Assembly (NCBI GenBank): GCA_016928435.1
Contig: JAFGKT010000075.1
Coordinates: 3,358-67,357 of the forward strand
Source: Sedimentisphaerales bacterium
GTDB taxonomy: Bacteria; Planctomycetota; Phycisphaerae; Sedimentisphaerales; SM23-30
DNA: 64,000 nucleotides
Reading direction: 5' to 3'
In this document: positions 1-10,943 of the stretch, piece after piece
Numbering within the stretch: position 1 is the first letter of the stretch
Layout of the letters: the number at the start of each line of letters is the position of its first letter
Program-made: the position numbers and the translations under genes
The notes under the pieces: generated by a model
What the model saw: only the letters and a program-made list of their open reading frames with translations
The model's database searches: none
Told to the model about the DNA's origin: nothing

Positions 1-923
1 AGAATGCGAGGCAGCAGTTTCTTGGCGGTTTGCACAGCCCCTTTGGTCCAGCGGAATTGCTGCTGTTTGAATCCTTGAATTTCCGGGGGCAGTTCAGCAG
101 GAGAAGTAACATCGGAAAGGAAAATAAAACGCCAACCGGCAAGTTGGCAGCGATATGAAAGATCGAGATCTTCAGTCAACGTATCGTGTTGCCAGCCGCC
201 GCCTTGTTCGATACAAATTCGGCGCCAAATACCGGCTGTGCCGTTGAAGTTCATGAATCTGCCGGAACGACTGCGAGCGGCATGTTCGATGACAAAATGA
301 CCATCGAGTAATATCGCCTGACCACGTGTAAGCAAAGATTGGTCACGGTTGATATGATCCCACCGCACCTGCACCATACCGATTTTTTCATCGGTGAAAT
401 AATGAATGCTGTGTTGGAGCATGTCAGGCTTAGGAACAAAGTCAGCGTCAAAGACGACTATGAATTCCCCGGTCGCGGTTTTGAGGCCGTTGTCGAGAGC
501 GCCGGCTTTGAAGCCGGTACGATCTTGACGATGGATATATACTATATCAATGCCTTGGGCAGCATGACGCTGGACGGCTTTTTGGGCGATATTGCGGGTT
601 TCGTCGGTTGAGTCATCCAAGACTTGGATTTGAAGTTTGTCGGCAGGATAATCAAAAGCACAAACACTATCAATAATACGCTCAGCAACGTAAAGCTCGT
701 TGTACATGGGTAGCTGCACAGTCACCTTAGGCAGCTCAGTGAAACGTTGGGTGATTTTGGGGGTTTGGTGGCGATGCCGATAGTAGAGAAAAACCAACAC
801 CCAGCGATGTATGCCGAATATAGCTACGAAACCCAGCATGAGCAGATACAGACCGGTTATCCCGCCTGTGACTACGGAGACTAAAACATCCATAGCACTG
901 CTGGCAGCAATAACATTCTGCAT
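1..923 (-). CDS. GT2 glycosyltransferase, cellulose-synthase-like; 3' end runs off the window
   Basis: Manual translation (absent from the ORF track): N-terminal TM segment, LPKVTVQLPMYNE, IQVLDDSTD, FNGTAGIWR, TLTEDLDLSYR, QQFRW (QxxRW). Alternative starts at 932 and 893. Confidence 0.9.
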   Translation of the reverse strand, partial: MQNVIAASSAMDVLVSVVTGGITGLYLLMLGFVAIFGIHRWVLVFLYYRHRHQTPKITQRFTELPKVTVQLPMYNELYVAERIIDSVCAFDYPADKLQIQVLDDSTDETRNIAQKAVQRHAAQGIDIVYIHRQDRTGFKAGALDNGLKTATGEFIVVFDADFVPKPDMLQHSIHYFTDEKIGMVQVRWDHINRDQSLLTRGQAILLDGHFVIEHAARSRSGRFMNFNGTAGIWRRICIEQGGGWQHDTLTEDLDLSYRCQLAGWRFIFLSDVTSPAELPPEIQGFKQQQFRWTKGAVQTAKKLLPRI

Positions 924-968
924 GATGGGCATAATAACCTTCAGTTTTTTCCAAACCTACTTAAAACA

Positions 969-1382
969 TCAAAGCAGGGATTTGATTTCTTTGGCAATTT
1001 CTTCGATAAGGCCCTGCGGGTACTTTCCCGCCGGCCATCCAGACAACACACCATCTCCTTCAATCCGAGGGATGATATGGAAATGCACGTGGCCCACTAA
1101 TTGGCCGGCACAACGACCGTTATTATTGAGAATGTTGTACCCCTGAGCCTTGGTCGCTCCAACCACTGCGTCGCCAATAGCAGCTAACTGCCCAGCAAGC
1201 TGAGCTACAACTTCCTGAGGACATTCAGACAGGGTGGCGTAATGTTTTTTGGGGATTAGCAGACAATGGCCGGGGCTAACCGGGGCAATATCGAGAAACG
1301 ATAACATATATTGGTCTTCGTAGATTTTACATGCCGGGATGCTGCCATTAACGATCTGACAAAAAACACAGTCAGCACCCAT
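969..1382 (-). CDS. HIT family nucleotide hydrolase
   Basis: DCVFC N-terminus, HVHFHII histidine triad, GGAGG RBS upstream of ATG 1382. Confidence 0.93.
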   Translation of the reverse strand: MGADCVFCQIVNGSIPACKIYEDQYMLSFLDIAPVSPGHCLLIPKKHYATLSECPQEVVAQLAGQLAAIGDAVVGATKAQGYNILNNNGRCAGQLVGHVHFHIIPRIEGDGVLSGWPAGKYPQGLIEEIAKEIKSLL

Positions 1383-1496
1383 ATTGGCACCTCCAAAATG
1401 CCACAAAATGCATCGCAAATCCGTATCGCTAAAACCGCCAACCTCAGAGCTGACACCTATGATACAACAAAATCAACGAGCAAACAACATGGACTA

Positions 1497-2081
1497 TTAG
1501 TTGCCGGTCTTTTCATCCGTTTGATCTGCGGAAGCAGCTTCGGCATCTTTCGTTTCGGTTTGATCGGCTGAACTTTCAGCGGTGGTATCGGCAGCGTCAA
1601 TATTAGCATCAGCTTTCGGCTCAATGGACACCGGTGCATCCTCGGTAGTGAAGACGGTATTTTGAGGCTTGGCCTTTACTGTTTCTTCGACCAGCTGGAG
1701 CAATACCAATTGGCCATTATCGCCGACACGCCTTAACGGTAGATTAATGATACGTGTATATCCGCCGTTGCGTGAGGCAAAACGTGGGCCCACCTCTGAA
1801 AATAGCTTGCCGATCACCGTATTGACCTTCATGGGCTCACCATCTTGGATTGCACAAATATCGCGATCCTGCAAAAGGGAGATAGCCCTTCTCCGGGCAT
1901 GTAAGCTACCATCTTTGGCTAGAGTGACAAGTTTTTCAACGAAAGGCTTGACGAATTTAGCCTTTTCGCGGGTTGTCGAGATGGTTCCATGCTCGATCAC
2001 CGAAGCTGCCAGATTACGCCGCAAAGCGGTGCGGTGGGCACTAGTCCGGCTCAGGTGTCTTCCACGTACCTGGTGTCGCAT
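1497..2081 (-). CDS. rplQ: 50S ribosomal protein L17 with acidic C-terminal tail
   Basis: MRHQVRGRHLSRTSAHR, RNGGYTRI; follows rpoA. Confidence 0.97.
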   Translation of the reverse strand: MRHQVRGRHLSRTSAHRTALRRNLAASVIEHGTISTTREKAKFVKPFVEKLVTLAKDGSLHARRRAISLLQDRDICAIQDGEPMKVNTVIGKLFSEVGPRFASRNGGYTRIINLPLRRVGDNGQLVLLQLVEETVKAKPQNTVFTTEDAPVSIEPKADANIDAADTTAESSADQTETKDAEAASADQTDEKTGN

Positions 2082-2219
2082 TTTACTTTCCGTCCTTATC
2101 AGAATGGCTGTCCGACATTACATCTTATCGGCACAGGCGTTAACATCATCCAAGCGTTTTTTGGGATCCGTTTCATCAGGTTACGGGAATCCCAGCCGGC
2201 AAGAGCCGGCCACGCTCAC

Positions 2220-3263
2220 TTATTCACCAATATCACTACTATCATCACCGGCGACATGCTGGAGTTCCATCGCGGGCAGATTCATACCCAACAACAAACC
2301 CATATCCGCCAATTTACGTTTTACTTCACGCAAGCTGGTTTTACCGAAGCTGCGTAGATTGAGCAGTTCACTTTCCGGCATCGACACCAATTGCCCGACG
2401 GTTTCGATCTTGGCCATTTCGAGACAATTATTAGCTCGAACAGACAGCTCAAGGTCGGCAATTGTGGTATTGAGCTTACGCCGCAATTCTTCATCTACGG
2501 CTTGCTCAACGGGCGCGCCAATTTCGGCAGCGGCAGGCTCAACCATTTCATCACTCATCTCAAAATACTGCACGAAAGGCGAAAGGTGTTTGCGTAAGAT
2601 CTTAGCTGATTCCACCAACGCCATTTCCGGACTGACGGTTCCATCGGTCCAGATTTCCATGATTAGTCGGTCGTAATTAATTTTCTGTCCCACGCGGGTC
2701 TCTTCGGTCTTATATCGCACACGGGTAACGGGCGAATAAAGAGCATCGACGGGAATAACGCCGACTTCCTGCTCGGAGGCTTTGTCATCATGTGTTGCGA
2801 TAATATACCCACGTCCCTTTTCGACGGTCATTTCCATCGAGAATTCGACGTTGTCGGTAAGGGTCGCGATAACACAATCCGGATTCATAATAGTGATGGT
2901 CGGATCGGCTTGAATATCGGCACCGGTTATTTGGCCGGCGGAGTTTTTCCGCACGGTCATTTTCTTGGGCTCATCACTATCGAGTTTTACCACAAGTGAT
3001 TTGATATTCAGAATAATATCGGTGACATCTTCGAGGACACCGGGCAGCGACATAAACTCATGGGGAGCATTCGCGATTTTAACCGAAGTAATGGCACTTC
3101 CTTCGAGCGAGGAAAGCAAAACCCTTCTTAGGCCATTACCCACTGTTATTCCGAAACCGCGTTCAAAAGGCTCAATGATCAGCCGACCATATTTATCGGT
3201 TGATACGGTTTTGTCCAGTTCAACTTTAGTGGGCAATTCAAGCCCGCGCCACCTAATTCGCAT
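2220..3263 (-). CDS. rpoA: RNA polymerase alpha subunit
   Basis: EPFERGFGITVGNGLRRVLLSS; alpha-CTD LELSVRANNCL...FGKTSLRE. Confidence 0.98.
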   Translation of the reverse strand: MRIRWRGLELPTKVELDKTVSTDKYGRLIIEPFERGFGITVGNGLRRVLLSSLEGSAITSVKIANAPHEFMSLPGVLEDVTDIILNIKSLVVKLDSDEPKKMTVRKNSAGQITGADIQADPTITIMNPDCVIATLTDNVEFSMEMTVEKGRGYIIATHDDKASEQEVGVIPVDALYSPVTRVRYKTEETRVGQKINYDRLIMEIWTDGTVSPEMALVESAKILRKHLSPFVQYFEMSDEMVEPAAAEIGAPVEQAVDEELRRKLNTTIADLELSVRANNCLEMAKIETVGQLVSMPESELLNLRSFGKTSLREVKRKLADMGLLLGMNLPAMELQHVAGDDSSDIGE

Positions 3264-3465
3264 TTGTTAGGCCTCCCTATTTCGGGTCAAGGTTGAGGAT
3301 ACTGTCAACCGCAGGACCAATCGGTCGGATCAAGCAAGTCGAGCAGGGCGTCTCAAATCAGTACCCGGCAGGTATTGCATCAAAACTAAAAAACAACTGT
3401 TGTCGTCAATTCCATCTCGGTCTCGCCTCAGTGGCAATTAATCACACGCAGGCAAAGACAAAGAT

Positions 3466-3852
3466 TTAGACTCTGCGGCGTTTTCCCGGGCGACAACCGT
3501 TGTGAGGCAAAGGAGTCACGTCTTCGATGGATGCGATTCTCAATCCCGCTCCCTGGAGCGATGTAATCGCAGACTCTCGTCCTCCGCCAGCCCCTTTGAC
3601 ACGGACTTCTACTTCGACCACGCCAAGTTTTTTGGCGGCATTGGCACATTTTTCCGCGGCACGTTGCGCGGCAAACGGCGTACTCTTACGTGATCCTTTG
3701 AAGCCGATGGTTCCGGCGGAGTCCCAACAAAGAGTTTCTCCGTTGGTATCGGTGATAGTTATGAGAGTATTATTGAAGGAAGCCTTAATATGGACAATAC
3801 CTTTGCCCACATTACGTCTGACCTTCTTTTTAACACCTTTCTTCTTCGCCAT
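3466..3852 (-). CDS. rpsK: 30S ribosomal protein S11
   Basis: [25 protein letters not shown]. Confidence 0.98.
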   Translation of the reverse strand: MAKKKGVKKKVRRNVGKGIVHIKASFNNTLITITDTNGETLCWDSAGTIGFKGSRKSTPFAAQRAAEKCANAAKKLGVVEVEVRVKGAGGGRESAITSLQGAGLRIASIEDVTPLPHNGCRPGKRRRV

Positions 3853-3913
3853 AAGGTAACCCTTTTTCGCTTAACTAATTAGCACATAATCTTTGAAATA
3901 AACAATCAAAGAC

Positions 3914-4297
3914 TTAGCGCATTTCCTTAACGCCCTTCTTACCAGCAACAGTTTTTCTCGGTCCCTTTCGGGTCCGGGCGTTACTTTGGGTACACTGCCC
4001 TCTGACAGGCAATCCACGTCGGTGTCTCAAGCCGCGATAACACACGATATCTCGGAGCCGAGCGATATTCTGGCTGGTTTGCCGTCGCAGTTGTCCTTCG
4101 ACAATATAACTGCGGTCAATAATACCGGCAATTCGGCTGAGTTCATCATCGGTGAGTTCTTTGGCTCGAACGATCTCAGAGATTTCAGCTTCTTTGAGAA
4201 TCTGCTTTGACAGAAACCGTCCGATCCCGTGGATATACGTCAATGAAATCCAAATAGGCTTGTCATTGGGAACATCAATACCAGCTATACGTGGCAT
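3914..4297 (-). CDS. rpsM: 30S ribosomal protein S13
   Basis: [23 protein letters not shown]. Confidence 0.98.
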   Translation of the reverse strand: MPRIAGIDVPNDKPIWISLTYIHGIGRFLSKQILKEAEISEIVRAKELTDDELSRIAGIIDRSYIVEGQLRRQTSQNIARLRDIVCYRGLRHRRGLPVRGQCTQSNARTRKGPRKTVAGKKGVKEMR

Positions 4298-4308
4298 AAT
4301 CGACCTCG

Positions 4309-4428
4309 CTACTTACCTTGACGCTGTTTATGACGCGGATTAGCCGAACAAATGACTCTCACCACGCCTTTGCGTTTGATAATCTTACAGTTTTCACATA
4401 TTCGTTTTACAGAACTACGTACTTTCAT
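4309..4428 (-). CDS. rpmJ: 50S ribosomal protein L36 (Zn-ribbon type)
   Basis: Manual translation [39 protein letters not shown]. Confidence 0.97.
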   Translation of the reverse strand: MKVRSSVKRICENCKIIKRKGVVRVICSANPRHKQRQGK

Positions 4429-4463
4429 GGCTATTCTACCTCTATTACAGCATCTCTACGATT

Positions 4464-4679
4464 TTACTTGCGTAGAGTAATCCGGCCCCGAGTTAGATCA
4501 TAAGGACTCAACTCAACAGTGACGCTATCACCAGGCAAGATTCTGATAAAGTTCATTCTCATTTTACCGGAAACATGGGCCAGTATTTCGTGTCCGTTTT
4601 CCAACCGTACTCGAAAAACCGCATTAGGCAACGCCTCTACAACCGTGGCATCGACCTTGATAGCGTCTTTTTTAGCCAT
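4464..4679 (-). CDS. infA: Translation initiation factor IF-1
   Basis: [25 protein letters not shown]. Confidence 0.98.
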   Translation of the reverse strand: MAKKDAIKVDATVVEALPNAVFRVRLENGHEILAHVSGKMRMNFIRILPGDSVTVELSPYDLTRGRITLRK

Positions 4680-4726
4680 AGGCGTTTCCTTAGATATCTA
4701 TGTTAGTACCAATATACCTAAAAAGG

Positions 4727-5506
4727 CTAATCAGCAACAGTAAGGGCCTGAGCCCCATCGTTTGTAATCGCGACAGTATGCTCAAAGTGTGCTGACGGTT
4801 TACCATCAGCGGTGACGACGGTCCAGCCATCTTTAAGCACCTTAACGCGCCAAGTACCCATATTAACCATCGGTTCGATGGCGAGTACCATTCCTTTACG
4901 CAAAAGCAAGTCGTTAGCCCGCAATTCGGAACTAACGAAGTTGGGCACTTTAGGATCTTCGTGCATATGTCTGCCGATCCCGTGACCAACATAATCTCGC
5001 ACAACTCCGAACCCGGCGTCTTCAGCGTGCTTTTGCATGGCCCGAGCGACTTGGCTCCAGTAAACTCCGGGAGCTGATTTCGCCAAAGCAATGGCCAACA
5101 CTTCTTCAGTAACCTGCAGCAGCCTCTGCAATTCAGGTTCAATAGTGCCGACAGCAATAGTCACCGCGGCGTCGCCGCAATAACCTTTCAACTTAGCACC
5201 GCAATCGATACTGATAACATCGCCGGCAACTAGCTTTCGCTCGCTGGGAATGCCATGCACCACTTGCTCATTAAAGCTGGCACAGATGCTCGCGGGAAAG
5301 TCGAATTTTGCCGCGGGGTTCGGCACGCCTTTAAACAAGGCTATAGCACCAGCATCAGCTATTATATTATCACTCAGCTCGGCCAACTGTGCGGTGGTAA
5401 CACCAGGGGCAGCTTGCTTTTTAATTTCATTCAGGACGCGAGCCACGATTCGGCCGGCATCTCTGATACGTTCAATTTCTTTATCGCTTCGTATAGCGAC
5501 GGCCAT
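4727..5506 (-). CDS. map: Type I methionine aminopeptidase
   Basis: VVHGIP, GHGIG, AIEPM, SAHFEHTV. Confidence 0.97.
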   Translation of the reverse strand: MAVAIRSDKEIERIRDAGRIVARVLNEIKKQAAPGVTTAQLAELSDNIIADAGAIALFKGVPNPAAKFDFPASICASFNEQVVHGIPSERKLVAGDVISIDCGAKLKGYCGDAAVTIAVGTIEPELQRLLQVTEEVLAIALAKSAPGVYWSQVARAMQKHAEDAGFGVVRDYVGHGIGRHMHEDPKVPNFVSSELRANDLLLRKGMVLAIEPMVNMGTWRVKVLKDGWTVVTADGKPSAHFEHTVAITNDGAQALTVAD

Positions 5507-5515
5507 CACTTACCT

Positions 5516-6172
5516 CTATGCCGATGTTTTTACCCCATCTAGCACATCATAAAGAGCCTTGGTAACCTCTTGGATATCCAAGTTACCATTAACATTTTTA
5601 ACATTGCCTTGCTGTTGGTAGTATTCCACCAAAGGCGAGGTTTGTTCGTGATAAGTTTTGATTCTCTGCTGGACGACTTCGCTGGTATCGTCGGGGCGTT
5701 GAGTCAATGCGCCGCAACCTTTATCACATTGATCCTCGGTTTTAGGCGGATTAAAGGTAACGTGGTAAGCGGTACCGCATTTGCCGCAACTGCGTCGGCC
5801 TGTGATTCTGGTTTCGAGCTTGTTATCATCAACTTCAAGATTGAGGACAACATCTACCTTTTTGCCGGCCGCAACCAGAGCTTTGTCGAGTTCTTGAGCT
5901 TGTCCAATGGTGCGGGGGAAGCCGTCGAGGACGTATCCGCCGGACGATTGCGAGCCGATTTCTTTCATCATCATCGCCACGATAAGGTCATCGGGAACAA
6001 GTTGGCCGCTATCCATATACGATTGAGCTTTTTGGCCCAGTTCGGTATTTTCTTTGCGCTCGCGTCGCAGAATATCGCCGCTGGAAAGATGGGTCAGTCC
6101 ATAACGATCGACAATCAGCTTACATTGGGTACCTTTGCCGGCACCGGGGGGGCCTAGAAAAACAACTATCAT
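5516..6172 (-). CDS. adk: Adenylate kinase
   Basis: GPPGAGKGT, LDGFPRT, Cys-containing lid. Confidence 0.97.
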   Translation of the reverse strand: MIVVFLGPPGAGKGTQCKLIVDRYGLTHLSSGDILRRERKENTELGQKAQSYMDSGQLVPDDLIVAMMMKEIGSQSSGGYVLDGFPRTIGQAQELDKALVAAGKKVDVVLNLEVDDNKLETRITGRRSCGKCGTAYHVTFNPPKTEDQCDKGCGALTQRPDDTSEVVQQRIKTYHEQTSPLVEYYQQQGNVKNVNGNLDIQEVTKALYDVLDGVKTSA

Positions 6173-7530
6173 CAATAAGCTCCCTTAATTCTGCCACTTT
6201 CCATGAAGCCGCTGTAGTTACGCATTAACAAGTGGGTTTCAATCCGCTGCACAAGGTCAAGCGATACTGAAACAACGATGAGCAAACCGGTTCCGCCCAA
6301 GAAACCAGCGATATTTTGCGGCACTTTTAGCCAAACAAACACCACTGTGGGGGCGACGGCAATCACGCACAAAAACGCGGCACCAACATAAGTGATTCGC
6401 GACATTACCCGTTCGAGATACTCAGCGGTACGACGGCCAGGCCTCAATCCGGGGACAAAGCTGCCGGTATCGCGAAGCTGATTAGCCATTTCTTTGGGCT
6501 GAAACTGTACGGTGGTCCAGAAATACGCGAAGAAGTAAATCAGAATAACATTGAGGAAATTGTACCAAAAGGCATCACGCAGGAACGCACTGCTTATCTG
6601 CGCCAGGATAACCGGTTGTCTCTCGAACAAACTGGAAATCCATTGAAGGATAATGGGCGGGAACTGCATTACGGTTACCGCAAAAATAACCGGCATAACA
6701 CCGCCATGATTAACTCTCAAGGGCATATAATTGCGTTGGCCGCCATAAACGCGACGACCGCGGGTCATACGAGCGTGCTGAATTGGAATCCGGCGTTGGC
6801 CTTGGGTTATAAGTATGGTTCCAGCGACGACACTGATAAAAGCAATGGCCAAGATTATAATCTTGACGGGCCCGATAGCCTCAGGTCCGGCGTTGCTGGT
6901 GAAATCGGCGTTTTGGATAATATACATAATGGCACCAGGCATGCGGGAAACAATACCCGCCATGATGATCAAGCTGATACCATTACCGATGCCGTATTCA
7001 TCGATTTGCTCGCCGAGCCACATCAGGAAGATGGTACCGGCAGTCATGCCAAGCACGCCCATACAGAAGAACATAGTCCAGTGTTCAGCGACAATAAGCG
7101 GATACACCGACGCCTTGACATAATACATAATGGCACTGCCCTGTATTAGACAGAGTACCACAGTAGCGTATCGGGTATATTCTTGTATTTTCTTCCGGCC
7201 GGTCTGGCCCTCTTTTTGGAGCTTTTCCAACGCGGGGATAACGGTACCGAGCAATTGGAAGATAATCGAAGCTGAGATATAGGGCATAATACCCAAGCCA
7301 AACAAACTACTTTGGCTTAGAGTTCCACCGGTAAACATTTGCAGGTAGTCCGCGATGCGTCCAGCGGGGGTCTCGGAACTACTGGACATCCGCGAGAACA
7401 GCTGCTCTTGATCGACACCAGGAACAGGCACATGGAAGCCGACGCGATAGATGCAGAGCATCAGCAGCGTAAAAAGGATTTTAGTACGCAGTTCCGGAAT
7501 CTTGAAGATATTAGTTATGGCTTTGAACAT
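6172..7530 (-). CDS. secY: Preprotein translocase SecY
   Basis: LGIMPYISASII, WLGEQI, GIGNGISLII, GGTGLLIVV. Confidence 0.98.
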   Translation of the reverse strand: MFKAITNIFKIPELRTKILFTLLMLCIYRVGFHVPVPGVDQEQLFSRMSSSSETPAGRIADYLQMFTGGTLSQSSLFGLGIMPYISASIIFQLLGTVIPALEKLQKEGQTGRKKIQEYTRYATVVLCLIQGSAIMYYVKASVYPLIVAEHWTMFFCMGVLGMTAGTIFLMWLGEQIDEYGIGNGISLIIMAGIVSRMPGAIMYIIQNADFTSNAGPEAIGPVKIIILAIAFISVVAGTILITQGQRRIPIQHARMTRGRRVYGGQRNYMPLRVNHGGVMPVIFAVTVMQFPPIILQWISSLFERQPVILAQISSAFLRDAFWYNFLNVILIYFFAYFWTTVQFQPKEMANQLRDTGSFVPGLRPGRRTAEYLERVMSRITYVGAAFLCVIAVAPTVVFVWLKVPQNIAGFLGGTGLLIVVSVSLDLVQRIETHLLMRNYSGFMESGRIKGAY

Positions 7531-7557
7531 AATGATCTCGGCAAGAAGTCAGATTGA

Positions 7558-8031
7558 CTAGGAGGCCTGTTCCTCGGGGGTGGAGGCCAACATATCTTCT
7601 ACAGTACCGCCGGCATTAGTTATCTTGTCGCGGGCGCTGCGGCTGAACTTATGAGCAACAACAGTAAGACTACGGTTAAGGTCGCCGTTGCCCAGGATTT
7701 TGACTTTCAGGCCGGCGCCGCGGATCAACCCGGCATCAATGAGCATTTGCGGATCAATACGTGTTCCTTCGTCAAACTGCTGCAACTGATCGACATTGAC
7801 AATCGCGTATTTGGTGGCGAAATTGACATTGTTGAAGCCGCGTTTGGGAATACGACGGAACAAGGGCATCTGACCACCTTCAAAGGTAATCAGTTGACTT
7901 GCACCAGCTCTGGAAGACTGACCTTTATGGCCTCGGCCTGCGGTTTTTCCGCATCCGCTACCGGCACCCCGTCCTCGACGGCGTTTGGTCTTATGCTTAC
8001 CAACAACAGCGGTAATATCGTGGTTCATCAT
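7558..8031 (-). CDS. rplO: 50S ribosomal protein L15
   Basis: GRGHKGQSSR, FEGGQMPLFRRIPKRGF. Confidence 0.98.
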   Translation of the reverse strand: MMNHDITAVVGKHKTKRRRGRGAGSGCGKTAGRGHKGQSSRAGASQLITFEGGQMPLFRRIPKRGFNNVNFATKYAIVNVDQLQQFDEGTRIDPQMLIDAGLIRGAGLKVKILGNGDLNRSLTVVAHKFSRSARDKITNAGGTVEDMLASTPEEQAS

Positions 8032-8046
8032 GACAACACATATCCT

Positions 8047-8559
8047 TTAGGAAGCCTGAATCTTGACGCCGCGCAGTTTTTCGATCTGCTCACGACTACA
8101 AAGACTTTTTAGGGCATTCATCGTAGCCTTGACAACATTCTTTGGAGAAGTACTGCCATAGACCTTGGTCAACACATTATGTACGCCTGCCAATTCCAAC
8201 ACGGCACGAGCCGAAGCTCCGGCAATCACACCAGTACCTTCCCCGGCGGGCACCAATCTTACTTTTGTAGCACCGTAAGCGCCTTCCACCTCATGCGGGA
8301 TGGTGTGGCCGGCCAAGCTGATATCTACGATATTGCGGCGGGCTTCTTTAATACCTTTTTCGAGGGCGCCTGCCACTTCATTGGCTTTGCCGTAACCAAA
8401 ACCAACTTGTCCTTCGCGATTACCAACAACCACCAAACCGGCAAAGCTAAAGCGTCTACCACCTTTTACCACGGTAGAACAGCGATATACCTTGACGACT
8501 TGATCCTCATAAGGACTGTCATCATCGCGTCTTTGACTTTTCTGTTCAAACCTTGCCAC
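8047..8559 (-). CDS. rpsE: 30S ribosomal protein S5
   Basis: VVKGGRRFSF, GTGVIAG. Confidence 0.98.
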   Translation of the reverse strand: MARFEQKSQRRDDDSPYEDQVVKVYRCSTVVKGGRRFSFAGLVVVGNREGQVGFGYGKANEVAGALEKGIKEARRNIVDISLAGHTIPHEVEGAYGATKVRLVPAGEGTGVIAGASARAVLELAGVHNVLTKVYGSTSPKNVVKATMNALKSLCSREQIEKLRGVKIQAS

Positions 8560-8616
8560 TATTATCTCCCTGAATCAACTGCCGCAGGTTCACGGCGAAA
8601 TCCATCAGAACTATAC

Positions 8617-8985
8617 TTAAAACACCAACCCGCCTTTTCTTGCGGCGTCGGCCAGGGCCTTGACTCGACCATGGTATTTATAACCACTGCGATCGAGACA
8701 GACTTTGTGAACACCTACATCGATAGCTTTCTTAGCAATCGCTTCGCCCACCTTAGCGGCAGCCGCTTTATTGCTTTTACATTTGCCTTCAAAAGACATC
8801 TCTTTGCTGAGCGTGCTGGCGGAAACCAAGGTTGATCCGGTACTATCGTCGATCAACTGAGCGTACATATTACGCCCTGAACGAAACACACACAAGCGGG
8901 GTTGTTCAGGCGTGCCTTGCACTTTGCCTCGTATGCGGCGTTGACGTCGTCGCCACAAAACTGTTTTCTTTTTTTGCTTATTCAT
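8617..8985 (-). CDS. rplR: 50S ribosomal protein L18
   Basis: [25 protein letters not shown]. Confidence 0.98.
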   Translation of the reverse strand: MNKQKKKTVLWRRRQRRIRGKVQGTPEQPRLCVFRSGRNMYAQLIDDSTGSTLVSASTLSKEMSFEGKCKSNKAAAAKVGEAIAKKAIDVGVHKVCLDRSGYKYHGRVKALADAARKGGLVF

Positions 8986-9080
8986 ATTATCACTTCGTCT
9001 TTAGAAACAATCGGTTTTGTCTAGCAGCTAGGTTTTTGAGCTTTCCTGACCGCACCGACCTATTAAGCTGTCAAACTATA

Positions 9081-9653
9081 TTACGCGCTGCCGAAGGCCT
9101 TACCCATCTTACGCTTGATCTGCTCATCGGCATAACGGATTCCTTTGCCCTTGTAAGGTTCCGGCGGACGGCACTTGCGAATCTCGGCGGCGAACTCACC
9201 GACCACAGCCTTATCCGCACCAGAAACGATGAACTCAGCAGGGACATCATTACCTCTGGCATTAGGAGTTTTGATTTCGATCTCTATGCCGGCGGGAATT
9301 TTCACCGAAGCAGGCTGAGCCATACCAACGGTCAACAATATATCCTGTCCTTGGATTTTAACACCATAACCGGTGCCAAAGATCTTCAGTCCTCTGTGGA
9401 AGCCTTTAGTAACACCTTCGACCATATTAGCGATCAAAGCTCGCGTGGTACCGTGCATAGCTCTATCGAAACGTTCATCACTTTTTCGAGAAACACGCAC
9501 CTCGTTAGCACTGGAATCCCACTCGACATCGACCACAGGATTGATGTTGAGAGTCAGATTACCCTTGGCGCCGCTAACTTTGAGCACCGACTGGTTGATT
9601 TCCACTTTAACGCCGGAAGGCACGCTTACAGGTTTTTTTCCAATACGACTCAT
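9081..9653 (-). CDS. rplF: 50S ribosomal protein L6
   Basis: MSRIGKKP, RPPEPYKGKGIRY. Confidence 0.98.
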   Translation of the reverse strand: MSRIGKKPVSVPSGVKVEINQSVLKVSGAKGNLTLNINPVVDVEWDSSANEVRVSRKSDERFDRAMHGTTRALIANMVEGVTKGFHRGLKIFGTGYGVKIQGQDILLTVGMAQPASVKIPAGIEIEIKTPNARGNDVPAEFIVSGADKAVVGEFAAEIRKCRPPEPYKGKGIRYADEQIKRKMGKAFGSA

Positions 9654-9708
9654 TATTCAATCTCAACAGTCATTTATTACCGGGTTTATATTCGATCCGG
9701 CGAATCAT

Positions 9709-10110
9709 TTAGCAGATAGTACAAAGCAGTTCGCCGCCAATTTTGCGTTCTCGGCACTCAGCATCGGACAAAACACCCTGGCTGGTGCTGATAATAGCTA
9801 TTCCGAGTCCGCCCATAACATTGGGTATATCATCAACAGAGCAATAAAGTCTTCGCGACGGCTTGCTGCAGCGTTTGATTTCACGAATGATTTTTTCACC
9901 GAGCGGTCCGTACTTAAGCTGAACCCGCAACATATCTTGTTTACTGGCGGTCTCGATACGGTCATATCCATTGATATATCCTTGCTGGGTCATCACTTTA
10001 GCGATGCCTTCGCAAATACACGAAGCCTTTACACGAACCTCTTCGCGTTCGACACGGACGCCATTTCTTATCCTGGTCAGCATATCAGCAATAGGGTCAG
10101 CATGACTCAT
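9709..10110 (-). CDS. rpsH: 30S ribosomal protein S8
   Basis: DPIADMLTRIRN, GLGIAIISTSQG. Confidence 0.98.
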   Translation of the reverse strand: MSHADPIADMLTRIRNGVRVEREEVRVKASCICEGIAKVMTQQGYINGYDRIETASKQDMLRVQLKYGPLGEKIIREIKRCSKPSRRLYCSVDDIPNVMGGLGIAIISTSQGVLSDAECRERKIGGELLCTIC

Positions 10111-10152
10111 ACTGTTTTAACTCCGAGCTTGTGGGTTTGACACCCGAGTATT

Positions 10153-10338
10153 CTACCAACTAGTCTTTTTCACACCTGGGATTTTGCCTTCATTGGCAAG
10201 GGTGCGAAAACAGATTCGACAAATTTTGAACTTACGGTACACCGCTCTGGGTCGGCCGCACAGTTCGCAACGAGTATAGCCTCTAACCTTAAATTTAGGT
10301 GTTTGGGCTGCTTTGGCTCTTATAGCTTTAGTCGCCAT
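10153..10338 (-). CDS. rpsN: 30S ribosomal protein S14, short Zn-binding type
   Basis: RCELCGRPR...[16 protein letters not shown]. Confidence 0.97.
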   Translation of the reverse strand: MATKAIRAKAAQTPKFKVRGYTRCELCGRPRAVYRKFKICRICFRTLANEGKIPGVKKTSW

Positions 10339-10384
10339 ACAAATCCTCGTGGGGTCAACACCCCGTATTACATTAACTGCTTAC

Positions 10385-10927
10385 TCAATTACTTTGAAAC
10401 GGCACGCCAAACAAAGTTAACATACGTTTAGATTCTTCGTCATTACCGGCGGAGGTAACCATGGAGATATTCATACCTTGCTGAGCAGCGACCTTATCGG
10501 GATTAATCTCCGGGAAGACCAACTGTTCGGTCAGGCCCATATTGTAGTTACCACGGCCGTCAAAACCTTTGGCGCTGAGTCCGCGAAAGTCTCTTACACG
10601 AGGCACAGCCACGCTGATGAGTCTATCCAAGAACTCATACATTCTGGCGCCCCGCAAGGTAACTTTCAGGCCGATCGGCATACCTTCACGTAACTTAAAA
10701 TTCGAGACACTCTTACGTGCTTTGCAGATCAGCGGCTTCTGGCAGGCAATGACCGTGAGATCACGTTCGGCACCTTCGATAATCTTTTTATCTTGAATGG
10801 CTCGCCCCACACCCATAGACACAACGATCTTGACCAGTTTAGGCACCTGCATGCAATTGCGATACTTAAACTCGTTAACGAGCGTCGGAACGATCTTTTC
10901 TTTATACAGTTCTTCCAACCGTACCAT
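10385..10927 (-). CDS. rplE: 50S ribosomal protein L5
   Basis: FKLREGMPIG, PRVRDFRG, FDGRGNY. Confidence 0.98.
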   Translation of the reverse strand: MVRLEELYKEKIVPTLVNEFKYRNCMQVPKLVKIVVSMGVGRAIQDKKIIEGAERDLTVIACQKPLICKARKSVSNFKLREGMPIGLKVTLRGARMYEFLDRLISVAVPRVRDFRGLSAKGFDGRGNYNMGLTEQLVFPEINPDKVAAQQGMNISMVTSAGNDEESKRMLTLFGVPFQSN

Positions 10928-10943
10928 AGCTATAACCTTTTAC

